This document shows positions 9,678 through 18,828 of a DNA stretch of 64,000 nucleotides, piece after piece. The stretch comes from Pseudomonadota bacterium (GTDB lineage Bacteria > Pseudomonadota > Gammaproteobacteria > Burkholderiales > Burkholderiaceae_C): positions 15,291 through 79,290 of the forward strand of contig JBJOIR010000002.1 of the NCBI GenBank assembly GCA_046047055.1. Reading direction: 5' to 3'. Made by a program: the position numbers and the translations under genes. Position 1 is the first letter of the stretch, and the number at the start of each line of letters is the position of its first letter. Below the pieces are notes generated by a model. That model was not told the origin of the DNA. It saw only the letters and a program-made list of their open reading frames with translations, and did no database searches.

Positions 9678-10148
9678 TCAGTGCTTGTGCGCACCGTGGC
9701 CTTGCCCTTGAGGCATGGCGGTGTTCACAGGCACGCTGACCTGCTGCTGCGTTTCAACGCCCTTGGCATCTTTGAAGGTCAAGGTCAGAGCGACGCTGGT
9801 GTCCTTCATCAAAGGGGTTTTCAAGTCCATCAGCATCAGGTGGTAACTGCCAGGCTTGAGCTCAACCGATTTGTTGGCAGGCAAATTCAGTTCAGGCATG
9901 GCCCGCATTTGCATGACGGCCCCTTCCATCTTCATTTCATGAATCTCGGCCACGCCCGCCACCGGGCTGGACACACTGACCAAGCGCGTGGCCTGAGGTG
10001 CGGTGAGCGTCATGAATGCACCCGTGGCCTTTTGGCCTTGAACGGTGGCACGCGCCCAGCCGCCTTCGACTTTGACCTGGGCCATGGCAGCACTTGCCAA
10101 GCACATACCAATCAGCAGGCCAGTGAGGGTTTTGAATGTGGATTTCAT
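9678..10148 (-). CDS. Copper chaperone PCu(A)C
   Basis: Signal peptide; WARAT..Q.ATGAFM, AEIHEMKMEGAVMQM, PGSYHLMLMDLK; tail GHGAHKH. Confidence 0.92.
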   Translation of the reverse strand: MKSTFKTLTGLLIGMCLASAAMAQVKVEGGWARATVQGQKATGAFMTLTAPQATRLVSVSSPVAGVAEIHEMKMEGAVMQMRAMPELNLPANKSVELKPGSYHLMLMDLKTPLMKDTSVALTLTFKDAKGVETQQQVSVPVNTAMPQGQGHGAHKH

Positions 10149-10181
10149 GGAGTTTCCTTTATCGGGAGGGGTTAATGTCAA

Positions 10182-10724
10182 TCAATGGGCGTGAGCTGCA
10201 GCGCCTGCTTTGGGCATGATCTCCAATTGGGCTGCAGGCGATTTCAGGTCAGAGAATTTTTGACCGGGTTTTGGCGTTTCAGTCCAGTCGTTACGGCCCT
10301 GCTCGCAAAGTTGTTGAACGGGCCAGTACATCATGCCGGCCTGTTGGGGCAATGTGCCCACCAACACAAACTCGTCGTAATGGCCGTTGGGCAACATGTC
10401 CTCAGCGGTTTTGGCCGTCCATGTGATGCGCGTCACGTCTTCGGTGATGGTGCGGCCGTGGCTGGTGTAGGGCTTTGCCAACTTTTCGCGTGTGACTTCA
10501 AGGCGCCAGCCGGCTTTGGGCATGGGTTTGGCCCCTTGCACGCCTTGCGGAATATCCACCACGATCTGGCGTGTGGGCGAAGCGCCACAGCCATGGCCCA
10601 CCTTGAGCGTGGCTTTGTAACTTTGGCCCGCAGAGGCCACGGGGTATTCGAGCACGGTGTGGGCAGAAGCCACGCCGCAAATTGCAAAGGCCGATGCAGC
10701 CAGGGTAGATTTAAAAGAGCTCAT
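10182..10724 (-). CDS. YcnI (DUF1775) family copper-binding protein
   Basis: Signal peptide ending ASA-H (N-terminal His), VGHGC, AKPMPKAGW, YDEFV, QLCEQGRNDW. Confidence 0.88.
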   Translation of the reverse strand: MSSFKSTLAASAFAICGVASAHTVLEYPVASAGQSYKATLKVGHGCGASPTRQIVVDIPQGVQGAKPMPKAGWRLEVTREKLAKPYTSHGRTITEDVTRITWTAKTAEDMLPNGHYDEFVLVGTLPQQAGMMYWPVQQLCEQGRNDWTETPKPGQKFSDLKSPAAQLEIMPKAGAAAHAH

Positions 10725-10786
10725 GACAATGTCTCGCTGGATGAGATGAAGAAAAATGGTTCAGCCTGAAAGCTGGCATTCGAACA

Positions 10787-10920
10787 GTGCGCAAATTGCG
10801 TACAGATGAAGTAGCCGTTATCTTGGCCATTCGCCCAAGGCGACGTTCAGCAGGGGAGGTGGGGCCCCTTGAGGAGCCGCTCAGCTATCCGCAGCGCCGC
10901 GAAACAGCGCCAGACAGCCG
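10787..10920 (-). promoter_or_regulatory. Structured leader between the RGPP uORF and ycnI
   Basis: Long hairpin right after the uORF stop (10882-10920: CGGCTGTC/GATAGCTG enclosing GCGCTG/CGGCGC), plus stems at 10852-10869, 10823-10838 and 10787-10803. Confidence 0.5.
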
Positions 10921-10921
10921 A

Positions 10922-11290
10922 TCAAGAAAGCGCAGGAGGGCCGCGTGGCGGCAGAGGTGTGCCGGTGAGCCAGGCGATGTGTGCGACCGCCAACGGACGC
11001 ATGGCATGGGCCAAGGTGCTGACAGGCACAAAATCAACCTTGGCAGTGGGCAGGGGCACGCTCACATGTGTGCACAAGGGGCAGTCCATGCCGTCAGCCG
11101 AGGCGAGTGGGGTGTCACCGCCATCGTCTGTGAGCACCATTTGCACGCCACCCATGGTCGAGCAAATCATTTGTGCGGCCTGAGGCTTGACCAACGGCGA
11201 GGCCGCGGCCACCCCAATGAACAACGCAAACCAGACCAGCAGGAAGCGGGTCAGGTGGCGGGCGTTGCGCAAAGACTGCAATAAAGACAT
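10922..11290 (-). CDS. DUF2946 (CruR/CutF-like) copper-responsive leader protein
   Basis: Hydrophobic N-terminus, MICS, DCPLC (CxxC), C-terminal PLPPRGPPALS (RGPP); -10-like CATAAT 7 nt before ATG. Confidence 0.85.
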   Translation of the reverse strand: MSLLQSLRNARHLTRFLLVWFALFIGVAAASPLVKPQAAQMICSTMGGVQMVLTDDGGDTPLASADGMDCPLCTHVSVPLPTAKVDFVPVSTLAHAMRPLAVAHIAWLTGTPLPPRGPPALS

Positions 11291-11346
11291 GGCCGCGATT
11301 ATGACACTGGGCATTTTCAGTTGCATGCCCATGGCAAAACCCTGCT

Positions 11347-11742
11347 TTAGGAGAGCGCTTCCATCAGGCCCGCACAACGCTCAGCCGTCTCGCTCATGCC
11401 AGCTTCATCGACAGGAAAGAACCCCGGAATGTCATACTTGTTGAAGTGGTCATAGGACGAGAAGGCCATCGACCAATCACCAAAACGGCGCTCTGACACG
11501 GGGCCACGAGACAACAGCTCCAGATCGTGGTGGCGATCGTCTATTTGTATGCTTTGCCACAAAGCCTCGACCGCAGCAGGTGGGCCTTCAAGGCATTGGA
11601 CGAAGTTTTCTTCGGTGTACAGCAAGTGTCCCGTGACGCCCAACGCTCTGTTGCGCTTGCGGCATTGCACCAGCAAATTGAACAAATGCAAACTGCCCAA
11701 CTTGTGGGTAGCTTTAGACCGGTAAACAAGACGTTCCAACAT
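11347..11742 (-). CDS. Stand-alone BLUF blue-light sensor
   Basis: LVYRS, N..LGVTGHLL, FVQCLEG, DDRH, RRFGDWSM: the BLUF Tyr/Asn/Gln/Trp/Met are present. Confidence 0.9.
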   Translation of the reverse strand: MLERLVYRSKATHKLGSLHLFNLLVQCRKRNRALGVTGHLLYTEENFVQCLEGPPAAVEALWQSIQIDDRHHDLELLSRGPVSERRFGDWSMAFSSYDHFNKYDIPGFFPVDEAGMSETAERCAGLMEALS

Positions 11743-11792
11743 GGTGGACCAGATTTTGAACACTTTGGTTGATGCAAAACTTACAGGTACCA

Positions 11793-11950
11793 CTGATGCG
11801 CTCATCTGACGCCCTCATCTGACACGCTCAGCTGACGGGCTGACCCAGCCTCTTTGAATTCGAAGCTGCCGAGGGGCCACGGCTGGCGTCAGTCATTACG
11901 TCAGTCACAGGGTTAGTGAGCGTGTCAGGGACAAGCGTCATCTGAGTGAC
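11793..11950. repeat. 13-bp tandem repeats plus an inverted copy in the BLUF/GST divergent intergenic region
   Basis: CTGATGCGCTCAT / CTGACGCCCTCAT / CTGACACGCTCAG (11793-11831); reverse complement TGAGCGTGTCAG at 11917-11928; CGTCAGTCA at 11887 and 11899. Confidence 0.75.
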
Positions 11951-12005
11951 CGCGTTTCTCACGAACGCCGATTACGCTGTTGAATCATTTCTCAGGAGAC
12001 ATCTC

Positions 12006-12656
12006 ATGCTCACACTTTGCGGTTTTGCCGGCAGCAATTACTACAACAAAGTCAAATTTGCGCTGCTCGAAAAAGGCGTGTCCTTCAACGAAGAATTGGT
12101 CTGGGTTGGACAGACGGATCCGGCTTGCAGCCCGCTGGGCAAGGTGCCCTATATCAAAACGCCCCAGGGCTCTCTCTGCGAGTCAGAGGTGATCATGGAG
12201 TTCATCGAAAACCAATACCCACAGACCTCTTTGCTGCCTGCCGATCCCTTTGCAGCCGCCAAAGTGCGTGAGTTGGTGACCTTTCTCGAGCTTCATCTGG
12301 AGCTGGTGGTGCGCAATCTCTACCCCGAAGCTTTTTTTGGCGGCAAGGTGAGCGACAGCGCCAAAGAAAAAGTGGGCGATCAATTGACAAAAAATGTGGC
12401 GGCATTTGCCAAACTGGCCAGCTTCAGCCCCTATGTGGCGGGTAACACACTGAGCTTGGCCGATTGCGCGGCGGTGGTGCATTTGCCCTTGGTCTCATCG
12501 GCCAGCAAGTTGATTTATGGCCGCGACTTTTTGGCCGAGTTGCCCGTGCGCGATTACCTCAAACGCATGAGCGAGCGGCCTGCACTGCAACAGGTCAACG
12601 CCGACCGCAAAGCCAACACCGAGTTGATGATGGCACGCATGAAAGCCAAGTCTTGA
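12006..12656 (+). CDS. Glutathione S-transferase
   Basis: SNYYNKVKFALLEKG, SPLGKVP, LCESEVI; AGGAG RBS. Confidence 0.9.
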   Translation: MLTLCGFAGSNYYNKVKFALLEKGVSFNEELVWVGQTDPACSPLGKVPYIKTPQGSLCESEVIMEFIENQYPQTSLLPADPFAAAKVRELVTFLELHLELVVRNLYPEAFFGGKVSDSAKEKVGDQLTKNVAAFAKLASFSPYVAGNTLSLADCAAVVHLPLVSSASKLIYGRDFLAELPVRDYLKRMSERPALQQVNADRKANTELMMARMKAKS

Positions 12657-12708
12657 CAGGGCCTTGCAAGGTCTGACACCGCGCTTTTCGGCTGCTATGC
12701 TTGACCCC

Positions 12709-13122
12709 ATGCGCAGTTTTTTTCATCTTGCTTTTCATGTCACCGACCTGAACGAGGCCCGCCGTTTTTACGGTGACGTCCTCGGCTGTCGTGAAGGTCG
12801 GTCCACCGACACTTGGGTGGACTTTGACTTTTTTTCGCACCAAATTTCACTGCACTTGGGCGAGCCCTTTAAAACCAGCCTGACCGGCCGTGTGGGCGAC
12901 CACTGGGTGCCCATGCCGCACTTTGGATTGGTCTTGCAACTGGCCGATTGGCAAGCTCTGGCCGACCGCTTAGAGGCGGCTCAATTGAACTTTGTCATGA
13001 AGCCGCAGCTGCGCTTTGCGGGCCAACCTGGCGAACAATCGACCATGTTTTTTGTTGACCCATTTGGCAACCCGATAGAAGTAAAAGGTTTCGCCAACCT
13101 GGACTCGGTTTACGCCAGCTGA
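12709..13122 (+). CDS. VOC/glyoxalase-family protein
   Basis: FHLAFHVTDL..ARRFYG..LGC.EGRS, PHFG, DPFGNPIEVK. Confidence 0.85.
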   Translation: MRSFFHLAFHVTDLNEARRFYGDVLGCREGRSTDTWVDFDFFSHQISLHLGEPFKTSLTGRVGDHWVPMPHFGLVLQLADWQALADRLEAAQLNFVMKPQLRFAGQPGEQSTMFFVDPFGNPIEVKGFANLDSVYAS

Positions 13123-13128
13123 AGCGCG

Positions 13129-13728
13129 ATGGAACACACATTTGCTTCCGCCACTATTTTGCTTTTGCTGATCACCGATCCGCTGGGCAACATCCCTGTT
13201 TTTGTGAACACTTTGCGGGCCGTTCCCCCCGAGCGACGCTCACGCGTCATTCTTCGCGAAGTGCTGATTGCCTTTGGTCTGCTGCTGTCCTTCATGTTTG
13301 TCGGGCAGTCGTTCTTGAAGGCCATGAGCCTGTCCGATGTGTCTTTGCAAATTGGCGGCGCGGTGGTGTTGTTTTTGATTGCATTGCGCATGATCTTTCC
13401 ACCTCCACCGCAAGACTCCCCCGTGCCGATGTCCGAGCCGCTGATCGTGCCGCTGGCCATTCCGGCTTTGGCTGGCCCATCGGCCATGGCGACCGTTTTG
13501 CTGTTGGTCAGTCAAGCGCCTGAGCGCCGGCTGGAGTGGGTGGCCGCCCTGACGGTGACCATGGCCGTTTGTGCCGTGGTGCTGCTGTTGGCCGAGCGCT
13601 TGCAACGCGTGGTGGGCTTGCGCGTGGTCTCTGCGTTTGAGCGCTTGATGGGCCTGATCTTGGTCTCGATCTCGGTGGAAATGCTGATCCGTGGCTTGAA
13701 GTCACTGGCCCAATCGTGGCCACACTGA
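13129..13728 (+). CDS. MarC-family membrane protein
   Basis: DPLGNIPVF, IVPLAIPALAGPSA, ERLMGLIL. Confidence 0.9.
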   Translation: MEHTFASATILLLLITDPLGNIPVFVNTLRAVPPERRSRVILREVLIAFGLLLSFMFVGQSFLKAMSLSDVSLQIGGAVVLFLIALRMIFPPPPQDSPVPMSEPLIVPLAIPALAGPSAMATVLLLVSQAPERRLEWVAALTVTMAVCAVVLLLAERLQRVVGLRVVSAFERLMGLILVSISVEMLIRGLKSLAQSWPH

Positions 13729-13753
13729 CTCAAACCATGGGACACTGACTGAC

Positions 13754-15730
13754 TCAGTTGGCCCGGCTTTCAAGGGGCACATCTTGCTTGCTTCGGGGCG
13801 TGCCAATGGGTCGGCCTGACTGCCCTTTTTGGGTGGCGGCCATGTCTTCTTCGCTGGGGTACTGGCCCAACAACCAATAGTCAAAAACTCGGCGTGCAAT
13901 GGGCGCTGCAGACACTGCGCCAAAGCCGGCGTTTTCAACCACCACGGCCAATGCAATCTTGGGCTCTTCAGCAGGTGCATAAGCCATGTACAGCGCGTGG
14001 TCACGCTGGAACTCTGCCAACTTGGCCGCGTTGTATTTGTCCTTTTGACCAATCGTGACGGCTTGGGCTGTGCCAGTTTTACCTGCGCTTTGATAGCCAG
14101 CGCCCGCAAAAACTTGGGCCGATGTGCCCGAAGTCACCACACCCACCAAACCATTGCGCACCACCGCGATGTGGTCCGCCGAGTAGCCCAAGTCAACCGG
14201 TTCAGTCAGTGTGTTCACCTGCTCGGCATGGGTCAACGGGTCTTGTGTGGCGCGCACCACGCGCGGCGAAAATTTGCGACCCCCATTGGCAATGGTGGCC
14301 GTGGCCGATGCCAGTTGCACCATCGTGAATGCGTTGTAACCCTGACCAATGCCGAGCGAGATGGTTTCGCCGCCGTACCATTTTTTCTGCTCTGGCCGCT
14401 TGTAATAGTTGCGCTTCCAATCGGTGCTGGGCAACACGCCGCGCACTTCGCCGGGCAAATCAATGCCCGTGATTTGGCCAAAGCCCAAGGGCTTCATGAA
14501 GTCGTGAATCGTGTCCACACCCATCTCGTTGGCCAATGAGTAGTAGTACACATTGCTCGACAAACTGATGGAGCGCACCATGTCCACAGGCCCCAAGCCA
14601 CCGTCACCATGGCTGCGGAAAGTGTGCCCTCCATAGGTCCATGAGCCCGCGTCGTTGATGATGGTGGTGGCGTTGCGCTTGCCCGTGGTCAAGGCGCCCA
14701 AAGCCATGAAAGGTTTGTAGGTAGAGCCCGGTGGGTAGGTGCCGCGCAGTGCGCGGTTGAGCAGGGGCTTGTCGGGCGACTCGTTCAGGGCTTGCCAGTT
14801 TTCGACATCGATGCCTTCCACAAACAAGTTGGGATCGAATGTGGGCTTGCTCACAAAGGCCAGCACTTCACCGGTGTTCGGGTCCAGTGCGACCAAGGCC
14901 CCACGGCGATTGCCAAACAGGTCTTCCACCAGTTTTTGCAGCTGAATATCAATCGACAAGACGACGTTTTGACCGGGTATGGCTTGGCGACTCGACAAGC
15001 TGCGTGTTGCACGGCCACCGGCCGACGTTTCGACCCGGTTCACGCCTGTGATGCCATGCAATTCGCGCTCGTACTTCAGTTCGACGCCCAACTTACCAAT
15101 GTATTCGTTGCCTCGGTAATTGCCCGATTCGTCTTCTTCTTCAATGCGCTCTTTTTCTTTCGCATTGATGCGGCCGATGTAGCCGACCACATGGCTGGCC
15201 AACTCGCCGAAGGGGTATTGCCTGAACAAACGCGCCTTGATTTCTACGCCCGGAAACCGGTAGCGTTGCGCACTGAACCTGGCCACCTCTTCGTCGCTCA
15301 AGCGGGTGCGGATGGGCAGTGAGTCAAAGCTGCGCGATTCTTCGCGCAAGCGCTTGAAGCGGCGGCGGTCTTTGCCTTGAATGTCCACCAGCTTGGACAG
15401 CTCTTCGATCGTGGCCTCCAGGTCGGGCACTTGAGACGGTGTGATTTCAAGGGTGTAGGCCGAATAGTTGCTGGCCAACACCACACCGTTGCGGTCCAAG
15501 ATGGTGCCGCGTGGCGGCACCGTGGGAATGACAGCAGTGCGGTTGTTTTCGGCCTGCTCTTGCAAGTCGTCGTGTCGCACGATTTGCAAATACGACAATC
15601 GCATCGCCAACAACAAGAAACACGCCAACACCACGGCCTGAACGATGGCCACCCGGCTCCGAAAACGGTAAAGCTCTGCCTGGTTGTCGCGCAACTCGGC
15701 AAGCGATGTCAGCTTGATCGACATGGTCAA
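13754..15730 (-). CDS. mrdA: Penicillin-binding protein 2
   Basis: PPRGTILDRNG, YPPGSTYK (SxxK), SSNVYYY (SxN), GKTGTAQ; follows mreD. Confidence 0.96.
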   Translation of the reverse strand: MTMSIKLTSLAELRDNQAELYRFRSRVAIVQAVVLACFLLLAMRLSYLQIVRHDDLQEQAENNRTAVIPTVPPRGTILDRNGVVLASNYSAYTLEITPSQVPDLEATIEELSKLVDIQGKDRRRFKRLREESRSFDSLPIRTRLSDEEVARFSAQRYRFPGVEIKARLFRQYPFGELASHVVGYIGRINAKEKERIEEEDESGNYRGNEYIGKLGVELKYERELHGITGVNRVETSAGGRATRSLSSRQAIPGQNVVLSIDIQLQKLVEDLFGNRRGALVALDPNTGEVLAFVSKPTFDPNLFVEGIDVENWQALNESPDKPLLNRALRGTYPPGSTYKPFMALGALTTGKRNATTIINDAGSWTYGGHTFRSHGDGGLGPVDMVRSISLSSNVYYYSLANEMGVDTIHDFMKPLGFGQITGIDLPGEVRGVLPSTDWKRNYYKRPEQKKWYGGETISLGIGQGYNAFTMVQLASATATIANGGRKFSPRVVRATQDPLTHAEQVNTLTEPVDLGYSADHIAVVRNGLVGVVTSGTSAQVFAGAGYQSAGKTGTAQAVTIGQKDKYNAAKLAEFQRDHALYMAYAPAEEPKIALAVVVENAGFGAVSAAPIARRVFDYWLLGQYPSEEDMAATQKGQSGRPIGTPRSKQDVPLESRAN

Positions 15731-16248
15731 AGAGGCCGAATGTTGTCGGGATTAAAGGCTCGCCGCTGCGGCACCAGCAACAATGCGCCCACCAAGGGCC
15801 ACAGGGCAGCTTGGATCAACGGCGCAATGAGTTGACTCCAATGCGGCAAAGCATCGTTCACGACCAAACGCGTGACCCATTCCAACAAAGAAGCCACCAC
15901 AAACAGCGGAATGATCTGCAAGGCTTGTTCACGCAATGGAAACCACAGCAAGCGCCGTTGCATGGCCAGTGCCATTGCGCTGAGCACCACATACGACAAA
16001 GCGTTTTGGCCCAGCAAACTGGACTCGTGCACATCCATGGCCAAGCCCAAAATGAAAGCCAAAACCAGCCCCACCCGACGCGGCTGATAAACAATCCAGA
16101 AGACCAACACAATTGCCAACACATCGGGCAGCCAACGCCAACCCAGCAGGCCCAACAACATGTTGGCCAGCAAGCCCAAAACCAAGGTCATGGCAATGAA
16201 CCTCGGGTTGGCCGGCAACAGCAAAGGACGACCTGCCGGCATGATCAT
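15727..16248 (-). CDS. mreD: Rod shape-determining protein MreD
   Basis: Hydrophobic; PDVLAIVLVFW, GLAMDVH..LLGQNAL; operon position. Confidence 0.93.
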   Translation of the reverse strand: MIMPAGRPLLLPANPRFIAMTLVLGLLANMLLGLLGWRWLPDVLAIVLVFWIVYQPRRVGLVLAFILGLAMDVHESSLLGQNALSYVVLSAMALAMQRRLLWFPLREQALQIIPLFVVASLLEWVTRLVVNDALPHWSQLIAPLIQAALWPLVGALLLVPQRRAFNPDNIRPL

Positions 16249-17201
16249 GGCTTGGCTCCTGCGGGCATGGCGGGTGTAGGGTGTGTGGCCGTGGTGCGGC
16301 CTTTGCCCATGTGCTTGGTGTCATGGGTCTGTGCGGGCGCGGCTGGCCAGTCTTTGACCGGCATCAACACCAACAAGTGCCGCCCTCTGGGCTTGGCCGC
16401 CAGACTGGCATGCACACGCGCAAATGACGAGTCGACACGGCGGTCAATTTGACTCACTTGCCCCACATGCAAGCCCGGCGGGTACACGCCATCGATGCCG
16501 CTGGTGGTCAACACATCGCCTTGTTTGATGTCGGTGGCTGAGGGCACAAATTTCAGCTCCAAAGCCCCCCCAGCGGCGTAGGGGTCGCCAATCGCCACAT
16601 GCCGAGTGCCGGTGCGGGCATTCATCACGGGGATGCTGTGATCGCGGTCGGTGAGCAAAGTCACCTCGCTCACCAAGGGGTAAACGCGGGTCACTTGACC
16701 CACCACACCGGCCATGTCGATCACAGCGGCCCCTTGCACAATGCCAGCGATTTGCCCACCGTCCACCACAATGCGGTCGGTGTAGGGGTCCATGGTTTCA
16801 TACAGCACTTCAACTGCTTTGGAGGGCCCTTCGATTTGCGTGCGCAAATTCAACAGCTCGCGCAACTGGGCATTTTCTTGCTGTAACTGTTCAACCAATT
16901 GCAAGCGTTGGGCTTGCGCAATGGTGCGGGTCTGAAATTCTTGTGCGGCATCTTGCGCTGCCTCCAAGCTGCCAAAGTATTGACCCAAACCTTCAAAGAC
17001 CCGTGCAGGCTGCAAAGACAGCCACTGCAACGGCGACAAGACAATGGCGACGCCGGTCCGAATGGGCTGAGAAATCTGGAACCGGTGGTCTGATGCCATC
17101 AAGGCGATGGCCAACAAAGACAACAGCACCAGTTTGGAAACCGCAGAGATGCCTTGCCTGAAAATGGGCGGGGCGCTTCGTTCAAGGGTATCCAGAGCCA
17201 T
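16245..17201 (-). CDS. mreC: Rod shape-determining protein MreC
   Basis: TM + coiled coil (ENAQLRELL), GVVGQV, GDVLTTSGIDGVYPPG. Confidence 0.95.
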   Translation of the reverse strand: MALDTLERSAPPIFRQGISAVSKLVLLSLLAIALMASDHRFQISQPIRTGVAIVLSPLQWLSLQPARVFEGLGQYFGSLEAAQDAAQEFQTRTIAQAQRLQLVEQLQQENAQLRELLNLRTQIEGPSKAVEVLYETMDPYTDRIVVDGGQIAGIVQGAAVIDMAGVVGQVTRVYPLVSEVTLLTDRDHSIPVMNARTGTRHVAIGDPYAAGGALELKFVPSATDIKQGDVLTTSGIDGVYPPGLHVGQVSQIDRRVDSSFARVHASLAAKPRGRHLLVLMPVKDWPAAPAQTHDTKHMGKGRTTATHPTPAMPAGAKP

Positions 17202-17274
17202 GGGGTCAATGCGCCGGATTCAAGTTGAAGGGGTGTGGAGGTGTGTGACCGTTGGCATGCGCCAACGGCAGAAC

Positions 17275-18318
<1,044 letters not shown>

Positions 18319-18528
18319 TCAGGGTCCTTTGACGCGCCATCCCAAAGCCCGTGTGTGGTCTGCTGGGGGTGGGCGCGACTGTCAAATCAGGTGTGTCAAT
18401 TGGGCGGACTCGGAGGCAGAACTGCGAGCGGCACCAAACACAGGATAATACCCGATCCCCCGGTGAAACAGGCGGCAGTCAGCCCCGTTTGGCCGTGAAA
18501 TCCCGTCATTTACAACTCTTTTCAAACC

Positions 18529-18828
18529 ATGTCCCTGACCCCACAGGATATTGCCCGAATCGCGAACCTCGCGCGGCTGGAGCTCAAACAAGAAGAAAGT
18601 GAGCGCATGCTCACCCAAATTAATGGTTTTTTCGGCATTGTCGAAGCCATGCAGGCGGTGGACACCACCGGCATTGAGCCCATGGCGCACCCCGTGGCCG
18701 CCATTCAGGACATCACGCTGCGCTTGCGCCCCGATATCGCCAGCGAACCCAACCAACGCGACCTGAACCAACGCAGCGCCCCTGCGGTGGAGCGCGGTCT
18801 GTTTTTGGTGCCCAAAGTGATCGAGTGA
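18529..18828 (+). CDS. gatC: Asp/Glu-tRNA amidotransferase subunit C
   Basis: [11 protein letters not shown]...LFLVPKVIE. Confidence 0.96.
   Translation: MSLTPQDIARIANLARLELKQEESERMLTQINGFFGIVEAMQAVDTTGIEPMAHPVAAIQDITLRLRPDIASEPNQRDLNQRSAPAVERGLFLVPKVIE

Noticed and set aside
10172-10185. FNR-like box TTAAT-N4-ATCAA
   Set aside because: One mismatch, overlaps the ycnI stop codon and sits only ~24 bp from the next start; likely chance.
5107-11290. Methanobactin biosynthetic cluster
   Set aside because: No mbnA precursor, mbnB/mbnC or exporter is visible; only mbnP and mbnH are present.
11793-11850. CRISPR array (also considered at 21907 and 40693)
   Set aside because: Units are 11-13 bp, contiguous, with no unique spacers and no cas genes.
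13729-13760. rodA missing after mrdA
   Set aside because: Separation of rodA from mreBCD-mrdA is a plausible ordinary rearrangement; absence from the genome cannot be judged from this window.
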